Shown: piece by piece, positions 1 to 9,833 of the stretch
How the letters are laid out: the number at the start of each line of letters is the position of its first letter
Numbering within the stretch: the stretch's first letter is position 1
Assembly (NCBI GenBank): GCA_002104945.1
Contig: MCFH01000186.1
Coordinates: 1-19,582, forward strand
Direction: 5' to 3'
Origin: Piromyces finnis finn
Taxonomy: Eukaryota > Fungi > Neocallimastigomycota
DNA length: 19,582 nt
The notes under the pieces: model-generated
The model's input: the letters and a program-made list of their open reading frames with translations, nothing else
The model's database searches: none
Told to the model about the DNA's origin: nothing
Made by a program: the position numbers and the translations under genes

Positions 1-926
1 AGTAATAAGACCATTAAAAATTTAAAAAAAAAAGTAAATATGGCAGAAAAAATATTACGGTTAGCAGAAATGAATAGAAAACTAGAAATGGAAGAAGAAA
101 AAATAAATCCATTTCAAATCAATAATTTTGAAATTGATCCTTCTATCGAAACAGAAATGGAAGAATATAAAAATAAATTAAAAAATGAGACTAAATCTGT
201 TTTAATTGGAGATGAAAAAACAAATGATTTATATGATATTGAAGAAGAAGATAGCAATAATGTAATATATTATACAAGTTCAATTTATTAAATACAAATC
301 TTTACTTTGAAGAAATATTATATTCTTAGTAAAGAAAATATACCTTTATATAATAATTAACTCTATATATTAAATTTAAAAATTTTTAAAAATAACTTTT
401 TAATTCATAAAATACAGGATAATGTAAAAAAAATTCAGATGTTGTTTATGAAGAAGAAACGGATTTTTCATATATGGAATTGTTTTATAAAAAATATAAC
501 AAAGTATTGCTTGATACAATATTAATGAAAAATAAAAAAAATTATTTAAATGAAGAAAATGCAAGATTAAAAGCTATTCTTAAACAATACCTTGATGGAT
601 ATCTGTCAATGCTGAAATTCTTGAGCAAGTCAATCCTTTATTGGTTGTAAACGGTAAATAATAATATATTGACTTTAATTAATTTTTGTTTTTAATTATA
701 TTATTAAATTTATATTATTTTTCTACCTAAACTTTTATTAGGCAAAACTAATGCACCGTAAGAATAACATCTTTTTTAATTAATAATACAAATATTCTAA
801 TATTTTTGATAATTTACTAATGATTCATTTAATATATTTATTATTATATCATATAGAATTGTACAAGGTAATTCTGATATTACTTGTATTGAAGCACAAC
901 ATATCATGGGAAAAACAATCTTTTAA
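1..926 (+). CDS. DRC2: Inverted second copy of the 3' exons of DRC2/CCDC65 (5'-truncated at the window edge; probably an artefactual duplicate)
   Basis: Mirror of 1359-2283. Exons are 1-261, 418-653, 742-757 and 857-926 (TAA 924-926). It encodes ...AEKILRLAEMNRKLEMEEEKINPF...YLDGISVNAEILEQVNPLLVVN. Relative to the right arm it lacks a G after 433 and a T after 598. Confidence 0.75.
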
Positions 927-2283
927 TAAAAGTTACAATCTATATATAATGTTATCATTGTTATTGTTATTGAAAAAAAAAAATATAAAAATAAAATATC
1001 CTTATATTGTGTATATAATTTAAGAATAAATAATACTAATTTTTGAATATTTTTTTTAAAGAAGTAATTACAATAATCCTTAATAATAAAGAAAAATATC
1101 TAAAAAAGAATGATAAAAAATAAAATTTTTTAATTATATTTTAAAAAAATAAATTAATGTTTTATTTTTTATCATTCTTTTTTAGATATTTTTCTTTATT
1201 ATTAAGGATTATTGTAATTACTTCTTTAAAAAAAATATTCAAAAATTAGTATTATTTATTCTTAAATTATATACACAATATAAGGATATTTTATTTTTAT
1301 ATTTTTTTTTTTCAATAACAATAACAATGATAACATTATATAGTAATTGTAACTTTTATTAAAAGATTGTTTTTCCCATGATATGTTGTGCTTCAATACA
1401 AGTAATATCAGAATTACCTTGTACAATTCTATATGATATAATAATAAATAATTAAATGAATCATTAGTAAATTATCAAAAATATTAGAATATTTGTATTA
1501 TTAATTAAAAAAGATGTTATTCTTACGGTGCATTAGTTTTGCCTAATAAAAGTTTAGGTAGAAAAATAATATAAATTTAATAATATAATTAAAAACAAAA
1601 ATTAATTAAAGTCAATATATTATTATTTACCGTTTACAACCAATAAAGGATTGACTTGCTCAAGAATTTCAGCATTGACAGATATACCATCAAGGTATTG
1701 TTTAAGAATAGCTTTTAATCTTGCATTTTCTTCATTTAAATAATTTTTTTTATTTTTCATTAATATTGTATCAAGCAATACTTTGTTATATTTTTTATAA
1801 AACAATTCCATATATGAAAAATCCGTTTCTTCTTCATAAACAACATCTGAACTTTTTTTTACATTATCCTGTATTTTATGAATTAAAAAGTTATTTTTTA
1901 AAAATTTTAAATTTAATATATAGAGTTAATTATATATAAAGGTATATTTTCTTTACTAAGAATATAATATTTCTTCAAAGTAAAGATTTGTATTTAATAA
2001 ATTGAACTTGTATAATATATTACATTATTGCTATCTTCTTCTTCAATATCATATAAATCATTTGTTTTTTCATCTCCAATTAAAACAGATTTAGTCTCAT
2101 TTTTTTAATTTATTTTTATATTCTTCCATTTCTGTTTCGATAGAAGGATCAATTTCAAAATTATTGATTTGAATGGATTTATTTTTCTTCTTCCATTTCT
2201 AGTTTTCTATTCATTTCTGCTAACCGTAATATTTTTTCTGCCATATTTACTTTTTTTTTTAAATTTTTAATGGTCTTATTACT
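1..2283. repeat. Large inverted repeat (palindrome): left arm 1-1125, spacer 1126-1159 (34 bp), right arm 1160-2283
   Basis: Base-by-base comparison: 1-20 (agtaataagaccattaaaaa) is the reverse complement of 2264-2283, and 1111-1125 is the reverse complement of 1160-1174. Between these I count 9 single-base indels plus one cta/tac shuffle near 940, and no other substitutions. The left arm runs to the window edge, so the true arm length is at least 1125 bp. Confidence 0.98.
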
Positions 2284-3896
2284 CATTGTGGTTAATGTAA
2301 TTAATCTTTCTTTTTCATTTTCTCTATATTTATTAAGTTTTCTTTTTAATTCTTGGAAATGCGATTGAATTAGCTCTTTATCCTTTTTTAGAAATTGATT
2401 TTTTTGATTATACTCTTTGTGATTATTTGAATATTTAGTCTTTAATTTTAAAATCATATCCTTTTAAAATTTTTATAAAATAATATTTTTTTTAAAAAAT
2501 ATATTCAATACATTTTTAATATATTTAATATTTTTAATATATACTTGTAATTTTGTTAATTTCTTCATTTGTACTTCAATTTCTTTTGAATGATCTCTAT
2601 CTTTTGTTTTTAAATCCTCAAAATCTTTTTTCCAAATTTCTGTGTTTGCGTTATATTGATCTAACACCTTTAATTAAAATAATAATCATTATTTTATAGA
2701 TATTATTAATAATATTGTTTTTTTTTGAACTAATTATTATTAATACTTTATATATATAACATACATCATGAAATTTTTTCCACAAATCCTCAATAACACT
2801 TTCTAATTGAATTCTTAATGTATGTTTTTCTTCAAGATTCTTTTTTTTATATTACAAAATATATTAAAATTATGTTATTAATTAATATTATGACTTTATT
2901 ACTACTCTCTATATAACGTTTTTTTAATTATTACTTTATTACGAATATCATCTCTAATACTTTGATGCTCATGTTTTTGAATCAGCTTCTTCTTCTAAAT
3001 ATTCCTGTTCCATTCTATTTATAATTCCAAGAATATTTGACTTTTCTTTAATATGTTGTGACTGTAGTTTTGATCTATTATAATTTGATTAAATATTAGA
3101 TAAGTTTAATGCAATTGTTATTTTCATTATTTTCAGATAACAAAACAAATTTATCATATATTTATATATTTTTAATTTTCTTTTTTTTTATAGAAAATTA
3201 CTTTTCTGTATTAAATTCATTTTCAAGCATACTTAAATCCACAGAAAATTGAAGTTCCAAATTATTTAACCTTTTTACTTGTAAATCAATTAAATTATCT
3301 ACATTAATTAAATGGGATTGTAATGCCGTTGAAAATTGCTTATTTGCTTCTACAATTTCTTGTTCTAAGTTTTTGATTGCATTATTTTTTCTATCAAATT
3401 CTCTTTGATGAACTTGTTCTAATATTTCAGCTTGGTTTTTTAATTCCTGTGATTTTGCTTTATTATTTTTTTTTAAAAAAAATAAATATCAATATTTATG
3501 AATACCCATTAAAAATTATTTATATTATTTAACATTATTTTCAAATTATTATTATTACTATTAAAATAATTATATTATTAAACCTATTTTCATAATTTCT
3601 CTCCATCTATTATTGATCTTTAACATATTTAATTTACTATTTTTTTCTTCAAACTCAACTTTTTCCTATAAATAATATCATTTTTATTGAATATATATAT
3701 TAAGTAATTGTATTGTATTATTGGTTTTAATAATTGTGTATATAAAATGTTGTATTTTTTTTATTATAAACCTTTAGCTTTGCTGCAGCAAGCTCTATCA
3801 TTCTTCTACGACTTTCTTCATCTTTTAATAATTGGTATTCTGATTTTACACCTTTATTTCCTCTTTTCTTATCTCCCTTTTTTTACCCTTAGCCAT
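1359..3896 (-). CDS. DRC2: Dynein regulatory complex subunit 2 (CCDC65/DRC2), flagellar nexin-DRC coiled-coil protein; 10 exons, ~520 aa after frameshift correction
   Basis: Manual splicing gives exons 3896-3772, 3665-3584, 3457-3202, 3074-2935, 2839-2765, 2667-2545, 2460-2024, 1868-1631, 1542-1527 and 1428-1359, all GT-AG and phase-compatible once single-base homopolymer errors near 3880, 2975, 2185, 2172 and 2100 are corrected. Peptides NMLKINNRWREIMK, NLEEKHTLRIQLESVIEDLWKKF, SKEIEVQMKKLTKLQ, AEKILRLAEMNRKLEMEEEK and LKQYLDGISVNAEILEQVNPL match CCDC65 as I recall it. Confidence 0.95.
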
Positions 3897-4541
3897 ATTC
3901 TTTTAATAATAATATTCAATTTTTATTGTATAATTTTTCTAGAATATATTTTTTAAAGATTTTAAAAGTAATTCTACTATTATTATTGAATAATATTACT
4001 AATAATTAAAGTTAATATGTATTTAATATTTTTTTAATTATATTTATTATAATATTCATAAAAATAATCTATATTAAAGTATAATAATAAGAAGAATAGG
4101 TAAGAATATTGTAATAAAATGATAAATGTAGTAAAAAAAATTATAAGAATAACTTTTTATGCGGAGTTAATGAATCATTTTTCATATATTATCAGTTAAA
4201 CACTAAAGTTAAATATAAATTTTATTGTTTAAAAAAGGGTAAAATTAAAGTTAAAATTTCCGAGAACAAAAGGTAAAAAATTAGAGTTATTTTCTTAATA
4301 ACCAATAACCAATATATAATTAAGATAGGATAAAACAAAAATAATAAAGTTTTGATTTTAATTTTTATTTCTATTATATTTATAACAATGAAGATTTAAA
4401 TGAACTAAGCAAAAGTTCATTTTATTTTATAAATATATATTAAAACTGATAATATATATTTATATATTTAAAAATATAAAATTATTAATATTACTTTTTT
4501 TTATTTATTTTTTGTTTTTTACATGAAATAGTACTGTTACA

Positions 4542-7464
4542 ATGAATAAACTAGAACAAATAATTATATGGCAAATCTTCAAAGTACAATTGACTTGATA
4601 GAAAAAAGTCAAGCATTAAGATTATCATATGAAGCATTATGTAAAAATAATAAAAATGAAAAAGAAAACATCAATACAAGTAGTCTAAAAAAACAAAATA
4701 GTCAAGAAACTCTATTAATGAATCATTAAAGAATTTAGATGAATCATCAGAATTAATAATAGATAAATATGAATGATAATGATATATAATAAAGGTATAT
4801 CTCTACTGAGTAATTCAACATTAATCAAGAAAAACAAATAAATGAATTGAAAAGTTTAATAGAAAAACAAAAAAAGATAATGCTTCAATAAATGAACAAA
4901 ATAATTTCTTAATGATGGAAAATGAAAGATTATTGAATGGGGAGAGACCATTAAGAAAACAAATTAAAATCTAGCCAATTATTTAAGAGATATAAGATCA
5001 ATTAGAGAAGTAAATGATACCAGATATGAACTAGTTCAAAAAGGTTTTTTGAAAATATCGAAGAACTACTTTCAACTGTAGACGGTTCAATTTATGCATT
5101 TAAGGAAGTTTTACGGGACAGAATTTCCCAGTTTACCATTAATAAAAAAAAAACAAATTGAAAATATAATTGATTTATTAGTAGGCTGTTTTGCTCATAT
5201 CCGTTCAGCAGCAGAGAACTATCCGAGGATGATATATTAGTATTTATAAGTTTATGTGTTAATATTTGTCATAGTCTTTCTCTATGTAGTTGTCATATTA
5301 ATAATCTGATGAAAGATATTAATGAAGGAAATGATATTATTAATTCATTAGAAGAAGAAAATATTGCTATGAAAGTCAGCTTCAATCAATGGTAAAAATG
5401 AATGAAGATCTTCTTAATAAATATAATAATCTGGAGGAGAAAAACAAATCTTTAGAAGAAAATAAAATTATATAGAAGAAAAGTATAAAATTATATGGAA
5501 TGTATAATGAAGAAAAAATAAAAATGATATGAAAAAAGATTTAATTGAGACAAAAGAAAAAAAAGTTGATAAAGAGATTCAGACTTGTTCAAGCGATAAA
5601 AATAATAATATAGATATAATATGTATAATGAATTAATAAGATTATAAAGCTTTAAATTCAAAATATCAAAATTCAAAAAAATTATTGATAAAATACAAAA
5701 GAATTTAGAAGAGTACAAAATTAAATATTTTACTAAATAAAAGCTAAAAAATTATAATGAAGAATGCATGAAATTGAAGAATTCAAATCAAAATGAAATA
5801 AAAAAAATATCGAATATAAATTAAAGATAAAAGAGTTAAATTGCAAAAATATAGAAATTACAAAATTACTGAATCAAAGTAATGATTCATTAAAATTAAA
5901 AGAAAAAGAAGAAAAAGAAAATGTAATTCAAAAAGAAAACTTGCGTAACGAATCTAAAAATTTAAAAGAAGTATTGAAAACAGAAATTAAAAAAAACATG
6001 AAACAAGTAGATTCCTTGAAGAAAAAATTATTAACGTATGACTCTGAAGTTAATAATTGTAGAGATATTATAAATAAACAAAGCAAAGATCTTTTGAATT
6101 TAAAAGCATTACTTATTTCTAAAGATAAAACAATTATTGAAACTCAACAAAATTGTATGATAATTCAAAATATATATCCGAAAATATTCAAAGCTATAAC
6201 GATAAAATTTCAAATTTAACTAAGGAAAATTGTGAATTAAAAGAAAAAGCAGATAAAATTAAGGAGCATAAAGATTTTTTAGAAAAACAATGATACATTG
6301 GAAAAAAGAAAATGAAAGTTTAAGGAAAAAAATTTCAAAATTATCTATAAATGCAATTTATTCAAAGATTTCCAGCGTAGTATGGATGAATTTGAAAAGA
6401 AGTTAAGGAACTATCTTTTGAAAATGAGAAAAAGAAACTGAACATATTGAATTGATAGATAAAATTAATATGTTGGAAAGTAGTAATAAAAGTCTAAAAG
6501 ACATAATAGATAAATATAATGAAAACGAAAACAAGTTCAAAAAAAGAAAAGTGAAATAATCAATTTAATCAATATATATAAATCAATAAAATCGACTATA
6601 AAGATAGTGATAAATCTGAAAAAGATTCTATTTCTTCAGGTTCAACTATTGATGTAAATGATATAGGCTTAGTTAATGATAAAATTGATGGTACTTATTT
6701 TTTAATATATTTAAAAATTAATTATTGCTATATCTAATTATATATATATATATTATATTTATTATTAAAACTAGATGTAAATGACATTTTAAAAAATATT
6801 ATTGAAGAGTATCATAGTTTAAGAAGCCAAATTTCAGAATGTCAGGATATAAATAAATCAATGGAAAAGAATTTTTCCGGAATGATTGACGAAAAACAAA
6901 GAAATATAAAAGAACAAATACAAAAAACAAAAGAATTGCAAGGAAAAATAGACAAATTAACTAAAGAAAATAATGAGTTAAATACTATATTAAATATATA
7001 CAATGATCAATATATAGAAGTATGTAGAACATTTTTATTATTTTCATTTAGTAGTGATTTTAAGGAAAAATTATTTTAAAACCTGGTTTAAAGAATCATC
7101 CTTATCCGTTTAATAAAGATATCCATCAACTTTGTGTTAATTATCAAAACGAATTAGATAATAAGGGAAAAATCGAAAAAGAGCTTAAAAATATTAAAAT
7201 TGAGATGAATGACAAAGATATCTTATTAAATGAAAAATTAGAAAAATTAAATATTCTAAATGAGAAATATACAAAATGTCAAGAAGAATATACAACAATA
7301 AATGATAAATACAAATCCTTGGAAACAAAATCTTTCTATGATAATAATGAATTAAAAAGACAACTTGATGAATTATCAAATAAAAATGAAAAATTGGAAT
7401 CAACATTGGATGTTATAAAAAAGGTTATGAACAAATGATAATTAAAGCAATAGATGAAGAATAA
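4542..7464 (+). CDS. Large uncharacterised coiled-coil protein (roughly 900 aa; many apparent frameshift errors; 5' end uncertain)
   Basis: E/K/N/L-rich heptad-like coding is traceable across frames from ~4542 (e.g. MANLQSTIDLIEKSQALRLSYEALCK; LLSTVDGSIYAFKEVLRD; ORFs 5941-6219, 6861-7079, 7205-7438). There is one clear intron at 6691-6774 (gtactt...ctag) with an in-frame join DKID|DVNDILKN. The likely C-terminus is KGYEQMIIKAIDEE* (TAA 7462-7464), with 7438 as an alternative stop. I recognise no family. Confidence 0.7.
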
Positions 7465-7940
7465 TTAAATTTATATAAAATAAAAAGAAAACCAAGAAAA
7501 AAAATAATTGTAAATTTTTATGTATTATTATTGATAAACAATATACCCATACTACATCGAAAATTTAAAAATAATAATGTTTTATAAAAATAAAAATTAT
7601 CTATTAAATATCAAAAGCAATTTCTTAATTTAACATAATTTAATAGTAATTACTTATTTATTTATAAATTAATTTATATAAATTATTATATATAGAATAT
7701 ATTTTTTATTTAATATATTTTATTATAAAAAATATTATATTTTTCTTTAAATGATAGAATTAAACAAAATGTTTTCCTTACATTTATTAATAATAATTTA
7801 TAAATTTTTTTTATTAATAATAATTTATAAATTTTTATAGAAATAATTTCATTATTATATAATTATTAAGTTATGAATTATTATGAGATTATTTTAGTTT
7901 GGTATTTTAAGAAAAAGGTTATGGTTTATATAATAGCTTA

Positions 7941-9052
7941 TTAAAATTCTAATATAGGAGCACCAATATCTTCAATTCTAGCAATAGTACATTTAAGATT
8001 GAATACCTTACTTAATACAATTTTGAATAATTTTGAACATTAATTGAATGAGAAGTTGAACAGAATACTAATGATGCTTTCATTGCTTTTGCATATTTTC
8101 TTGCCTATTTTTGATTTATGACCATTATATTAAAGATATTTATTAATTGCAATTATTTAAATAAAAGTAATAATTATAGTTATTCAAAAATATATTTTAT
8201 TAATACTTGATTTGTTATTTCTTCTTGTTCCTCTGGAGAAAGTATAGCAAATTGATCGTATTTTGTTCCAATTAAAAATGGAATGGCGGTCTTTTTTTTT
8301 ATTTAATTTAAATATTTTATTAATGGTCGAACAAAATAATATAATTCGAAGATTTATAATTTTTTTTAATTTAAAATTATTATTACTTTATTAAATCCTC
8401 TCGCTTGTCTATACCATTCCTTAATACTATTTAATGTAGATTTTCTTGATAAATCAAACATAAATAACAATGCAACTGCATCATTACAAACTAATGGTAA
8501 CATATTAACAAATTCTCTTTGACCTTTAAATATTTAAAATTGAAATAATTTTCTTCATTTAATATTTTTTGTTCTTTTTAAAATGATTTGATATATATTG
8601 ATATTTTATCATAATATTAACCTCCAAGATCCCAGATACTAAAAGTGATACCAGTATTTCTAATCATAATTGTTTTTTCCATAAAGTTTACACCTTTTTT
8701 TATTAAATTGATTAATAATTTTAATTAATTTATATACTATATTCTATATTCTCTTTTAATTTATTACCGAGAGTTTGAATATAATCTTCATCAAATGAAC
8801 CTTCAACATATTTAACCATTAAACTTGTTTTTCCAATTTGACTATCTCCAACCATACCAACTTTGACAACAACACTTTTTTTTTAATCGTTTTCAATATT
8901 AAGAAATATTTAGTTAAAATATTTAATAGTTATATGATAAAATTTTCGAAAGATTAAAATATTTTTTTTTACCTATTGTTATTGCCACTTGTTCCTTCCT
9001 TATTTTCATTTTCTTGAATTGGGTCTGATTGTTGAGGTATATTGTCAGCCAT
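7941..9052 (-). CDS. spg1: Septum-promoting GTP-binding protein 1 (Spg1/Tem1 small GTPase of the SIN/MEN pathway); 6 exons, ~214 aa
   Basis: Exons are 9052-8973, 8874-8768, 8693-8622, 8523-8387, 8290-8207 and 8104-7941, all GT-AG. Motifs include [20 protein letters not shown] (P-loop 8826-8849), [49 protein letters not shown] and [12 protein letters not shown], near-identical to fission-yeast Spg1 as I recall it. One A is missing at ~8031-8034 in the last exon. Confidence 0.97.
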
Positions 9053-9833
9053 TTTATATTATATTAGTATTTTATAATAAAAGTATTTAAAATATATCTA
9101 TAATATATAATTTCTTATTAAAAATATGAAATATATCTTAAATATTACTTTTTTTTTTTAAAAAAATTTTTATTTCTTTAATTTTTTAAAATTATATATT
9201 TACTATAAAATTTAAATACCATTATAAAAACATTATTAAATAAAATTATAGCATTTTGTGTGTATTTAAAGAATTTAAATATAATTTTAAAACTAAAATT
9301 TAAATAATTAAAAATATTAAAGTTTAGAAATACACTAATTGTAAATAGCCAATTTATTATGATTATTCATTAATTACTTCATAAAGTTTACAACTATATT
9401 CAATATTATTTTATATATAATAATAGTTAAATATAGAATATTGTAGTATCCTGTAAAAATTTGAGAAAAAGTATTATTGATATTGATATTGTGTTATATG
9501 ATTAATAATAAGAAAAAATAATTAAAACTTATAAAATTTTTTAATGTAATTAATAAATAATTATGCATCTTAATTTTTTTTAATAATTAATATTAAATAA
9601 ATAATAATAATAAAGTATAATTATAATAATTATATACTTTTTTTTTAAAGATGAAAAATAAAGATTAAAAAGAAAAAGAGAATTATATTTTATATAAATT
9701 ATTTTTTATAATATGTGTAATATGTAATATTTCATTAACCTGATATACATAATTATTATAATATATTGAATTGAAAAATATTTATTACTATCCTATTCTT
9801 TATTATTCATATAAATAATAAAGGTTTACCATA

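Noticed and set aside
1126-1159. Palindrome centre as a retained PacBio or Nanopore adapter, or a hairpin telomere
   Set aside because: It has no similarity to adapter sequences and no telomeric repeats. It looks like ordinary AT-rich genomic DNA.
1-2283. Inverted repeat as transposon terminal inverted repeats or a MITE
   Set aside because: The arms are made of DRC2 exons and introns. There is no transposase and no visible target-site duplication.
4300-4319. Tandem AACCAAT x2 followed by TATATAA as CCAAT and TATA boxes; possible RFX X-box for DRC2
   Set aside because: These short AT-rich motifs are expected by chance, the spacing is too tight, and there is no good match to the X-box consensus between the divergent genes.
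7020-7064. Possible very short intron (gtatgt...ttag) in the coiled-coil gene
   Set aside because: Every candidate acceptor leads to an immediate or near stop. The region reads as open coding, and one missing base at ~7078 restores the frame.
4542-7464. Pseudogene call for the coiled-coil gene or the RhoGAP-like gene
   Set aside because: The same kind of indel affects essential DIS3 and the two palindrome arms, so sequencing error is sufficient to explain it.
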